The notes beneath the pieces are model-generated. The model did no database searches, was not told the DNA's origin, and worked only from the letters and a program-made list of their open reading frames with translations. The translations under genes were made by a program, and so were the position numbers. Positions 52,750-64,000 of a DNA stretch of 64,000 nt are shown here, piece by piece; position 1 is the first letter of the stretch; every line of letters begins with the position of its first letter. This DNA comes from Klebsormidium nitens. Lineage: Eukaryota; Plantae; Klebsormidiophyceae. The stretch covers positions 1 to 64,000 of the forward strand of contig DF237133.1 of the NCBI GenBank assembly GCA_000708835.1, read 5' to 3'.

Positions 52750-55027
52750 GGGTCCGCCGGTTGCAAAGTTGTGCTGGACGAATAACGCAGAAAGGTAAAA
52801 GGACGCTCTTACATGAGGTTGTTGCTAGCGAGCAACTTCCTTACACATCTTTGAAAAGCTGTCTCGTTAGTCTATTACAGTGCCAAAATAAGTAATAAGG
52901 CCGCTGTTGTGTTGTAGAATAGTGATGCAGCAAGATTTGATCAAACCGCCATGTTGGCAGGCTTATGCCTCCTTTAGATTTGCGGAGCTTGAAATACAGT
53001 CGGACATGCTCACTCCGGATTCAACTGGTCCAAAAGTTTGAAATATTTGAATCGAGAATCACAATATAAGGAGCTGGAACGGCCCACCCGATACACAGTT
53101 CAATCACTCAAGGAATCAAATACATAAATAGCAGCATGTTCACGTGCGAAACTATGTGAGTTCAGTGGCTCATGATCCCATCCAAACTATCATGTGAAAT
53201 GCGTCCTACATATGATACACAAGATTACCTCTCAGTTGCACGCTGTTGGATAATTGTCATATGCATTATTATATTAAGTTTAGGCATATACTAGACGCGT
53301 CGTCGATAAAGGACCGGGCGGCCGGGCCGCCTGTGCATGCACACTCAGCGCATATATGTTTGCCACATGCGCGGGCCAGCACGTGCACGACGTGTACTGA
53401 GTGTGCAGCATATCCGACATGCGCGTCGATCTTGCATGATGCAGCTACAGTAGGGGGCCGCCTCGGCGCCGCGCATGGGCCATGCAGGAGAGGCAGCGCG
53501 GCCGCCAGGATTTATGGAGTTAAGCTAGTCTCGACCATGCTCTGAGGCGACATGGCACTGCAGCGCGCCCACATGTGCAGTTGTGGCTTACCGGATTGAT
53601 CAATTCGAGTAACTTGACTGTGACTACGTTGTCTTGAACGAAGTAAAACGCTAGGTCTGTGATCCAAGCAATTCATATGCCGCTGCTGCCGGTTACTAGA
53701 TTAGATCACGCGCGCACACATCAAGGATCACAGACCTGCCAGCATGCATTCTCGTTGAAAAGTGCATGAGGCGGCTAGCTAAGATTAGCCAGCCTGCACG
53801 TGTATGATGAGGTATCTGCTTCAGTGCGTCCCACCCCGAGCTGGCTAGCGCAAGCTAGGGCCACAGGCTCTAAACATGGCATTGGTGAGGCCAGCCCCAC
53901 CGGCGCAGCACTTCGCGGGCACGGAGCGCGGTGGCGGAGGTTGCGCTTTGCAGCCTGCATGCACATGGTGCAACTCTCCAACAAATGGAAACTAAAAGTA
54001 TGGCACAAGTAGGACAGCAGGCAGTACAGAAAGGCTATGCCTGTGTTAAGATGAGTACAGTTCCACCTTGAACTTGAAAAACAATTCGACACCCAGAGAG
54101 GAACATACGCCAGACCAAAAGAAACGTGTCATTTGAAAGTCGGTGCTTCTCATGACTACCGAAGAGGTTTTCAAGTTCAGCTTGCCAATACCATCTACAA
54201 ATCAACGTAAACATTGCAACCACTTCTGTGCTCCTTTCGATTCTGAAAGGACCACCTCACAAGGTCCTAAATCTGATTGGAAGCCCCTAAGCTATTTGGG
54301 CCCAGAATGATTCGAGGTATTGCACGTTTTTATGGGTCACCAGAATAAGGCCCACACTTGAAGCTCACCTCAATGATTCCTAAGTTTTTACCTTGCGAGC
54401 CGGTTTGATCATGTCTTCTGCTTCAAGGTGTCCAATCATAAAAGGAGACCTGCAGCAGTGCACGAATTCGGTTTGGAGAGGTGCAAACTTGATGACTTGT
54501 GTGAGACCTTTTCGCCTGGAAGAAAGCGCACACATCCATCTCTGAATCGGCCACGGGATTTTGCGCCACTTTTAAGTCCATACAACAACACTTCGCAGGA
54601 CTGCTGTTTCGCTAACATGTTAAGCCTGCGCCTTCGGTGCACAAGGCCACTTAATAAGGCAGACCCTTGTCTTTTCCAAGACTTCTACGTCTGCACGTCA
54701 GACGAAAAGGCTGTGGTTCCTAATCATCTGCTTACAACCGATCGTAAATCCATGATCCAAGGAGCTGATCACTCACCCCACGATCGCTTAAAATTTGTCC
54801 CCATCGTCTCAGATTGCTCTGATTATTCTCCCAAAACCACCATTTGGGATCCCGTTGCCTTTGGTTGAATTGGCCCGGCCCCCCAAATCCTTAGCCAGAC
54901 TCCTTCCCGGACTCCCTCCTAGGAGCCCGTGCGCTTCACTTGCCCCAATCCCGCATCTACTTCTTTCGAAGTAGGACCCCCCTAATGGTTCAAGTCCTTT
55001 GATCTGGCCGCTGTGTGCCTATCAGCC

Positions 55028-55690
55028 TCAACCCATCTGACTAAGCATTCCCTTAAGGTCTTTCAGCTTCTGCAGGCCGTCGCTCAGAAAAAAGCGGATG
55101 GCCTGGGGATCCCTCTCGTGGCGAAATGTCTCAAACTCGTTGCGGACCTGCTGGCGAAGTTCCGCTGCACCGCAGAATTGGGAGTGTTCCAATCAACAAC
55201 TTTGATAGGATTCTGCCCAAATTCAAGACCAAGTACCAAACGAAGGCTTAAGAGAGGAGAGCAGTGCAGATATAGTTGCTCATTGAGTTGGAGGCCTCGC
55301 TGTCGGGGCATCATGTTTGAACTCATGTGCCTTTTCTAGCAAGCCTCAAAGCGACCTGTCACTTAACACGCAACATGAGTGAGCACACTCGGCAATACCA
55401 TGAGAGAGTGCTTGATGCTGGTGTTCATTCGACGAGCAGATCAGCTTGGATTGTGTCGGCTTCAAGAGCTTCATGTTAAGCAGGTGGTGGTTGAAAAAAT
55501 GCATCCAACAAAAAGTTCAATAAACTCCCTCTTAGAGGGTTAGAGGGAGCATGGTTGTCCACCTACCTCTGCTCTCTAGTGGGGCTTGTCGAGCTGCCCG
55601 CAGGGCATCTCTGTATAGGCCCAGAACTTGGCTTCTCAGAATGAAGCTGCGTAAATCCAGAGCACCTGCCAGGGCACGCCTCCCACTCAT
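55028..55690 (-). CDS. LYR-motif (Complex1_LYR family, LYRM2-like) mitochondrial protein, 86 aa, 2 exons; absent from the ORF track
   Basis: Exon 1 55690-55567 (MSGRRALAGALDLRSFILRSQVLGLYRDALRAARQAPLESR, donor GTAGGT) joins in phase 1 to exon 2 55164-55028 (acceptor GTGCAG; AELRQQVRNEFETFRHERDPQAIRFFLSDGLQKLKDLKGMLSQMG*). It has the LYR tripeptide plus a downstream EF and resembles the plant DLxxFILRxxVLxLYR subfamily. Confidence 0.92.
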
Positions 55691-56451
55691 TGACACTTGT
55701 ACATATACGCAGTCACCTCTGAGATACGTATTGGAGCAAGCTTATCCTTTCAATCCTTCTGTCCGACCCTCCACAGACCTGCTTGATTGACTCCTCCGCT
55801 GATCGCCCGCCCTCCCTTCTGGCAGTGGTGGTGCTTGGAAGTGCAGTTTTTCTTGTGGGACAGCAAGCTTGGGCCTGTGCTAGGAACTAGAGTAGCCAGA
55901 GTCGACACCCGACAAGAGCCTGTTGGCTATTAGATATTCCCATCATTGATTCCGCACCGCCCGATGAGCAAGACCCTACACTTCCACAAATCGAACGGTC
56001 ACTGTATTGACAGATTGTGACGTGGCAGGTTGCAGACTTTTCCCTCCATCTCATCTCATCCTCATTCCTGACTGGAAGCTCTCAGTCCCTGAGCTGGCGG
56101 AGAGTTTTCTTGGGCGCAGGAGGGACACATGAGGCATCATTTCGTGGTGGCGTGCTTGTAGCCAGAACCCTAAGATTCAGAAGCCCTGAGTTTGCCAGCG
56201 GCAAATTCCTCGGAAGAGAGTAGAGCGCGAAGTTGCGCAAGCACCCGGCGGTTCATACCTTGTGCAATAGGTGAAAGCGAAGCGCTCCCTGCAGGTGCAT
56301 GCAACCTGTTTTCGAGGAAAGTTTTCCCATTAAAAGTTTAGAAGCGAAAGAGGCAGGTAGGGAGTTACAAAGTAGTTTGCAGGCTGCAGGTTCCTCTGTC
56401 AAGCATTGATTTAGCCAGGCAGATGAAAACCACCAAGAGGGACTAGCAAAG

Positions 56452-57861
56452 ATGGACTTGGACACCGGGCCATGTCCGGTGTTCGACCCTCATGAATGGC
56501 CTGGGTTTGAGAAATTCATCATCGTTCAAGCAATTCTTGACCACAACAAGTTGCTCATCAACGAGATAAACCTGAACCATGAGAGGTGAGTGCACGGAAA
56601 AGAGAAGGCCTGTTTTGCGGTCAACAATATGTCTGATTGTGCCTACACAAGTAAATCCTAATCATTCTGTTTTAAATAGAAATGAGGTTCCTGATTGTCT
56701 TTGGAAAATTGTATAACTTGAGGTGGTATGTATGTAGAGGGGTGCATTCGGAGGCTGGGCTCTTAGTAGCCTCTGTCCACACTTAATTGCTTTTCAGTGC
56801 CTGTCATCGCAATTGTTTCATATCGCAGTGGGACAAGGTTGTTGTGAGTCACAAAGACAGAAGTTAGTCTGTTTGTGCAACTGTGCCCACTCGTTGAAAC
56901 AAACTTTCATGAGATGGTGGCTTGTCAGGGTTCCTGAGACTTCAGAATGTAAGACGGCAAAAGCAATGTTAGATTCGACCGAACGGAGATCTTGGGAAAA
57001 CCTGCACAATTACTTAGTTGATCACCTACTCAATCTGGGCCTTTCCATAAGATCCTTCTTACCAGATAAATGACATGAGTTCTCATTGCTGCCGTCAGAC
57101 CATAGCATGCTGGGGAACAGCCTCTAGGGACTACCACTCTGCACGAAAAGGGGCCGGTTGCAAGATCAAGCCTGTTTCTTTCTTTATTTTCGAGCTAATT
57201 TTGCTCCCATCATATATCAATGCAGGAGGCGACCAGAAGGACTTACTCGCAATGTGCAACTCATTCGGGAGCTCAATGAGAATGTAACCAAGGTAAGCAC
57301 CTCGTCCGGTTGAGGTTTTCTTTGTCTCCCTGCCGGCGCTTGGTGTCTCACATTGTGGTGCAGGCTTGTGGAACCATTTGTTTTGACTGGTACTCAATGT
57401 CCAAGTTGATTCAAATGAGCTCCTGAGTGGGAGAAGCACAGGTTGAGAATCCAGCCAATGAAATAGATGAAGCAGAGCATGTGAAATTTGAGCCCTAAAC
57501 TTTCATACTAAACGAAGAAGTTGAAGTTGAAGTGCATGTTCTTTGAGTATGTAACGATGGCAAAGTGCAACTTTTGAGTACCAAGTTGACACATCGGTGT
57601 GAATTGAGTCTCTCGTCCATTTCTGAGGGAACAAAGCCAGTGTTCCTCTGGAGTTTAAAATCCGATCTACTTGCCAGTCAGCAGCTGATTCTGGAGTCAA
57701 TTCGGCATGGAAAAGCGAACAAAGAGAAAGGAGATGGCGAAAGTGAAAGTGGCAAGCCTTGGCATTATTTGTATATGCAGGTGATGAAGCTGTATGAAGA
57801 GCTGTCCCAAGCATTTGTCCAGTCCTTTGGAAAGAACGCTGGCCAGCCTGCAAAGTCCTGA
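56452..57861 (+). CDS. ELF4-like (DUF1313) small protein, 3 coding exons
   Basis: MDLDTG..FEKFIIVQAILDHNKLLINEINLNHE(R) | RRPEGLTRNVQLIRELNENVTK | VMKLYEELSQAF..* fits the ELF4 family pattern VQxxLDxNRxLIxEINxNHxS..NVxLIRELNxNIxKVVxLYxDL. The N-terminus could extend to an acceptor at ~56418. Confidence 0.88.
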
Positions 57862-58169
57862 GAGGCTGTCTCTACAAAAAAGCACGCAATACAAAAACCG
57901 GAAGGTGACGCCCTGTTTTTGCAGAAGATTCTCGTCAATTGTATCCAAATGAAGAATACTAGGTGTTTCTGGAACGAAGTCGTCTTTGCCTCATATCGAT
58001 TCTAAAGCTTTCGGTGTCACATTGTTTCTCAATCAACTTGTTCCTGAAGGAAGAGGGTTCAGAACCCAATAGCCTGGATCATTCAAACCTTTAAGCAAAC
58101 CGTAAACAACATCCTCAAACAGAGTCACTGACGGCACCGTCCTTCCTTCCAGCTTGGAGTCTATAAGCA

Positions 58170-61100
58170 ATGGAGGATGCGGATCAGATCCTGCTGACGT
58201 CACTCCGGCAAGCGGGGTGTGCGGTTCGCGACGATGCGACGTCGCTCGGGGACCTGTCTACGGGGGATATTGTCACCATCTGCCAGCACAGCGTGCGGCA
58301 GATCGAGGGGTCTGGGAAGGAAGGTTCAGTGGAGAGCGCTCCACAAGGGCTGCCAAAAGACATGGCGGCGAGATTTCGGGTGTGTGCGGATTTGGCGGTG
58401 AAGATGCAGCAGCTGGGTTATCGTGGCGAGCTCAGCTTTCAACAGGTGAGCTTTGAAAAGCAAGGACGGAGTTTTCGCTTCTTTGCAACGATCTGAGCTG
58501 GTGGAGTGCCGGATGGTGCCAGCTTGATCCACAGACAACTGATAGAAGTTCCGTTTCTGCCGTCCGTACGTACAGACGTTTTGAAAAGGTTGTAAAATAG
58601 TTCAATTGGAAAGCGGTGTGTCAAGCGCACTGACATTTGCTTCGGCTTCTTCAGCTTGTTCTGTTGCCATAAGCGCGCACTTCTTCCGCTTACATTCGCT
58701 TACATTCAAATCAACCCGTCTGGTTCAATATAGTGCCATGAGCCGCCAGTTGCATCCGAGTAGCATCGTCAAACCCCGCACCTTTCCCTATTCCGCAGTT
58801 CCTCTACCCGTCCGAATCTGACACCCGCAACCTCGTCCGCTTCCTGGTTGAGAAGCTCGCCGCCAGCCGAAGCTCCGCATCTGGAGCGCGCAGCGGCAGC
58901 CGCGTCGCCTCTCGCTTCCTCTCTGCTCTCAACTCCAATAGTGCCACGTCAGCCCCTCTTCCCGGCGGCAAACACGCTGGCGGGAAGCTGGTGGTGCCGC
59001 ATCGGTCGCAGCCGCTCGCGATCGGAATGAATAAACAAAAGGGAATCTACGTGTTTGGGAGCAAGGGCTTTGCGGGGGTGCGACCACAGCATGTGCCGGG
59101 GGGGGCAGAAAGCGGGGAGGTGGAGGCTGCGCAGAAGGGGGTGGAAGAGATGAGATTGGAGGACGGAGCAGCGGAAGAAGGAGGGGAGGGCGATGCGGAG
59201 ATGCTCGCGCTTCAGGTGAGGCACAGAGGAGAATGGGAGTAGCTGCTGATTGGGGCATTTATGCTGATGGAATGGTTCAATTCGCTTGAGATCTGTTTTC
59301 GAGCGGCTCAGGTTCTGCCTTCAGAATATGCGCCTGATCACAGAAAGCAGCAATTAGAACCGTGGTTGACGAGCTTGAGAATGTTTGTTCGTGCAAGTAC
59401 TGACAAAGCCGATGTCTAGACGAACTTCGCGGATCTGTTGGAGCCTAATTAACGGACCTGCAGCTTCGCTTTCCAAAGTAAGCAGGAATGAATGCAAGCT
59501 CACCGCTGTGTTCAATCAAGCTTCAATCGGTGAGGAGATCCTCAACCATAGCCTTTAAGATGCAATGGAACTGAGTGATTGACGGATTTGACAGGCAGGA
59601 GCCGTATGAGGGCGGCGTAGTGCCGCTAGGACAAAAGCCTGCTTTTGTCTCCTGCCAAACTTCTCTGCGTGGATCATGTTGACAAGAACGACAATCGTGA
59701 AACTCTCGACCCTAGCCTTTAAGATGCAAGAAGCTGAGTGATTGAAGGATTTACGCGCAGGAGCGGTATGAGAGCGGCGCAGCGGCGCTGACTGCCCTCC
59801 AGGACCGCATGGGGGAACTCGAGCTCGAGTACCGGCGGTTGGGTGAGGAGGCCGAGGCACTCGAAGAGGAGACGGTCCGGTTAGAGGAGGAGTATGTCCT
59901 GCGCAAGGAGACGGCGGGGGTCCTCTTGGAACGGGGAGGCAACGTGAGTACGATACTGAGTTCTCTTTGGACAAGTTAAGGCCTGAGATTCAAAAAGTGT
60001 GAATGTTCGAATTTGGTAAGGTGATCTTTGTGAAACGCGAGAAGTCGCCAGTGTAACCTTGAAAGCATACCCTTCCAAAGCCGGAAGTCTGCAAGTGCCT
60101 CCTTCAAGATTTCTCCACCTCCTGTTGTCTTACGACTGTGTGGTGGTGTTGGTGGTGGAGAGAAAGTTCAGTGGACTCATATGAAATTGACCCAAAGTAT
60201 CCTATTTCAGACCTCCAAAGTTTGGGACATGTGGTCGCGGATCCCAGTCTTTACGAGTTCCTGCGCTGTTGGAGTGTGGACGGACGCGCGGACGTAACTC
60301 TCACCCGCGGGCTGACGTCAGGCTTGTATCTGGCAGGTAGAGGAGCTTGCCGAAGAGCTGCAACGGTGGATCGACAAGGCGCACGAGCGGAAGCGGGGCC
60401 TCGAGGAGGAGTGGGCGGCGTTTGCGGGGCCACTGGAAGCGCAGCGCGGAGAGCTACGAGGCGTGGGGGGGCAAGAGAGGGAAGCAATGAAGGTAAGTAA
60501 ATAGAGAAGCAGTGTGCAAAATGCGTTTGGGCGAAGGCAGCTTTCATCTGGCAGTGACTTTCTTGAGTTCTTGTGTTGCGAAGTAGCTTGACGCTGGTCA
60601 CCACCGCGAAATTGCCCCCCCGTTTCACAAACAGCAGGTTTAGCACCTGAGAAGACGTCCTTTTAGGCATCTCGCCTGTGCCCCAAGCTGCCTTGAATTA
60701 TGAACGTGCTCGGAGCACTTTTGACGGCCTCAGCTGCGCAATTGCCAAGCAGGCATCTGCCATCTTCGGAGAACGACAAGCTGACGAAAACGGCGCATGC
60801 TTTCACGCAGGCACGTGAGGAGGAGACGCGGGCACTGCGCGCCGAGTGCCGGGAACTAGAGGCGGACATTTTCGACAAGGAGGGGCAGCAGGACGCCCTG
60901 CTGGCGGAGCTGGAGGGCGCCCCAAAGGGCGCCCCGGGGGCTGCATACGTCCGGCGCATCTCGGACATTGTGAAGCAGGTCCGGAAGCAGGATGCGGACA
61001 TTGCCAAGGTGAGCAGAACAGGGCGGCGCAACTAGAGCAGGGTCTATGGATTGGGGGGGCCAGATCAGCATTCTGAGGGGATCCCTCTCTTTCACGACGG

Positions 61101-63050
61101 AGTTTTCACGCTGCATATGCCTAAATTCTGGTAGCACAAGGGGGCATAACGGGCTTGGAACGACAACAAAAGTAAACGATGTTGTTTCTGGACGATCATC
61201 AGTCGTTGTCAATGAACGATGGTGCTCTTCGCTTTGAGCACGTAACTGCGGAGCGCAGTACGTAACTTAAGTCTCGATGACGACCAGTGGACACGAGTTG
61301 GTCGTGGCGGCGGTGTTTGCAACGTTGCGAGACACGCTGCTTGGTTCCCAATCGCAAGTTTTGTCCTGGTTTTTTCAGTCTGGCGGGCCATCCTTGTCTT
61401 TGATTGTTCAAAATCATTACATATCGTGAATCCGTCCGTTCCGCCAACTACAATCAAGTTCTCACCGATGTTGCTCTTGCTTCAGATAGTCGCCGACATC
61501 CGTGACCTGCAGCGGCAGAACAACACGGAGCAAGACAAGCTGCGCCGGACGTACGCGCTAGTGGACGAAAAGGTCTTCCGGTGAGGGGCATATGGGTGCC
61601 TAAATCTTGCTCTATACTTGCTCGATACTTGCTCATCGTGTCGTCGTCAGAGCTTATGATGAGTCTTGATGCCCTTTGCCGTTCATTTCATTGACGAGGT
61701 CAGTGCTAGCTCCTGTTTGTGCAATGTTCCGCAACTCCTGCGTGCGTTAACAGAATGTAGGTGCCGACGTCTTCTCCGTTAAAATACGTGCGTGCCCGGT
61801 TAGTCATACTGATTACCCCCTTTTGCTCTGCCTCGCAGAGAGGCGAAGAGGGACGCGGCATGCAAGGCGGCATACCGCGTGCTCTGTTCCATACACCAGG
61901 TACGGCTTATGACTTGCAGGATCAGCTTCTTGTTCTCGATCAAATTTAGTTCAGGATGTCTTTGGGTGCGGGGAGTCTGACATTCAGAGCTGCTTATTGG
62001 GCAACCGCTTCCTCCAAGCAAACAGAAGCCTGCAGCCTCTTCCGCGCAGAATGTTGGGGAAGCTATTCCATCCTGCGCTGAAGCGGTAGAATGAAGGTAA
62101 GGCTTTGCATAGAACAAGAGTCGTCCTCAAAACCAGGGAAGGGTTTAGGAGAGACTGTTTACCGTGCTGAGGGAAGAACCTGAAGTCACCTGACGTGTGA
62201 CCTGAGCACTAACTTTCACAGGTCCCGTTTGTGCAGTCATTTGGCGACTTGGTCGAGGCGACTACCGAACGGGATAGAGTCAGCCGGGAGGTCGCCGAGA
62301 TGGAGGCGAAGGTACAGCATTCCTTTCTTTCCAAGCACTCGGCTTTTTGCTTGCGCTTGGCGATTGTTCGAATATTACGGGGAGTGCTTTGCAGAGCTGC
62401 TTCTAGTCTGGCGTTCCTTTCCTTCTAACCAAAAGGAAGGTCGGGTCCCATCGACCCTGTGAGCAGAGATGTTTGATACTCCATTTTGCACAAGTGAGCT
62501 CGATGGATTGTTTTGACATAGCGAGTTGTATGTTGTGGTGCAGGCATCTCATAGTTTCCAACATCTTGTGGTTTCAGCAAAGATGCATTGCCATATTTGC
62601 GCAACGGGTTTTGCCATTGCCGCTGCCTCCGACTGAATAAGCAGGTGCTCGAATATTGTTCATGGTGTAACAAATCGGGCGTGGGCGAGATAGCAGAGTC
62701 GATGAGATTGTTGGCTTCCTCATCTCAGCGGAGGAAGCAAATCGACCTGATGACCAGAAAGCCTTTGGAGTGAGGTCATCCGCCCCGGCAAGGGAAGCAC
62801 GCTGCCCGACCGTTGTGTATGTTGTGTACACAGCCGGAGACTGCGGATCCAATTGCCAAGAATATGCTGCCTGCCCAACACAAGCAGCTACTATCCTTCA
62901 TCCATGCAGGTGCGGGCTTTGCAACGGAGAAAGCTGGACCCCGGAAAGGTCGACGAGGACCTTCGGGCGATCCTGAAGGAGAACCAAGGGTTAGAGGGCC
63001 GATTAAAAGGAGAAACGGTGGAACGCAGGGAGTCGAGCGGCCCTTTATGA
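58170..63050 (+). CDS. CCDC22: Coiled-coil domain-containing protein 22 homolog (CCC/Commander complex; DUF812), multi-exon
   Basis: MEDADQILLTSLRQAGC..LPKDMAARFRVCADLA..LGYRGELSFQQ | FLYPSESDTRNLVRFLVEKL; C-terminal AYVRRISDIVKQVRKQDADIAK | IVADIRDLQRQ..QDKLRRTYALVDEKVF; AYRVLCSIH; DEDLRAILKENQGL..*. Confidence 0.92.
59541..59790 (+). repeat. Duplicated intron 3' end plus acceptor plus exon start in CCDC22
   Basis: TAGCCTTTAAGATGCAA..CTGAGTGATTGA.GGATTT..GCAG|GAGC.GTATGAG.GCGGCG occurs twice; copy exon start at 59599, real at 59761 (162 bp apart). Confidence 0.9.
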
Positions 63051-64000
63051 CGGCCGTAGAGTGTATATTTTTGATCGGCGGGGGCGCCTTGCGGGCTGTC
63101 TTCTGCATTGGCTTGTGGTTACACCATCTATGTCAGAAAGTGACGTTCGGGATGACGATATGGTTTACTTCGAAACTGCGCGCAGAGCCGCATTCATGGT
63201 CGGTAGGTTGTGGATCGTCCGCGTTAGATGTTGGTCGTGGTTCTTGGGCCGTCTTCGAGTGGAAAATACGCGTTGATGAATTGGAAAAGGCTGCGGGCTC
63301 AGGCAGTGCCAGCAAGAAAACCATGAACACTAGAGCAGTCTACATTAGATTGCATTTGATAGCCACGTTCAAGCAATAATCTGCTCTCGTATTGTACAAT
63401 AACGAGAAAGCGCTTTGCTTTGGTTGAGGACAGGTAGACAGGATGCTCTTGACTAAGCACAGACTCAAGATCATCGGAATCATGCTTGGCCGGATACATT
63501 TGAACGTGCCGCAATTGCGTGCCTCGTCGTCCTCTAGAAATGCGCAACACTTTGTGGTCCTGTGGGTGTCCGATCTCTCCTGGCGCTCATACCACCCATC
63601 AATGGCATCGTTGTGCACGAGAAATGGTACGTCGCGATTTGACTACTGCAAGATTTAATATGTGGCGTTAATAGCGTGGGAATCCTGCAGGTCCTTAGCC
63701 TAGACCTGTCATGTGTTGTACACTCACGCGAGGCCTGGCATTGCGCTCCGCGCGGGCAGCATGAATGAGCTCGATCATGCCATATATATCGAGCAATTAG
63801 GATACGTACATGGTCCGTGGCCCCACTATATATACCGTCTAGTGCTGTCGTCCATGTGCACTTGACTACTTGGTAGATACGTTATAACGGGATGTTGCCG
63901 GACGATTGAGCTGGACCGCTGCCGCCGGTCCAACCATGGCGGCATGCATGAGTCTGGGTGGATTGCCAGGCCCAACAAAATGGCCAGTGCATGATCCGCT

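Noticed and set aside
53775-54868. ORFs between rotatin and the LYR gene
   Set aside because: No recognisable product and no consistent exon chain.
63061-63658. ORFs after the CCDC22 stop
   Set aside because: Overlapping ORFs on both strands without motifs; consistent with 3'UTR or intergenic DNA.

Overview
Eukaryotic, intron-rich (GT-AG) nuclear DNA. Plant-type genes (EXECUTER, ELF4-like, HAM-type MYST) occur together with the centriole gene rotatin, which fits a flagellate-stage streptophyte, most likely a Klebsormidium-like charophyte alga (inference). Genes supported by exon-by-exon reading: MCM5 (+, 818-10917); an intronless 292-aa orphan ORF (-); three copies of an intronless F-box-like gene inside a ~2 kb duplicated unit (copy 1 broken by a nonsense codon and a 159-bp TA-flanked MITE, copy 2 frameshifted, copy 3 intact and inverted); prefoldin subunit 3 (-); EXECUTER1-like (+); MYST histone acetyltransferase (-); rotatin (+); a two-exon LYR-motif gene not in the ORF track (-); ELF4-like (+); CCDC22 (+). 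The most unusual recurrent signals are: (i) at least seven introns in three genes carry decayed tandem copies of their own exon/intron junction, mostly 95-165 bp apart; (ii) the first ~1.5-2 kb of genes is CpG-poor while distal gene bodies are CpG-rich; (iii) two apparently non-autonomous inverted-repeat elements lie in the F-box cluster. No rRNA, tRNA or CRISPR was seen, and I found no clear new multi-gene system.
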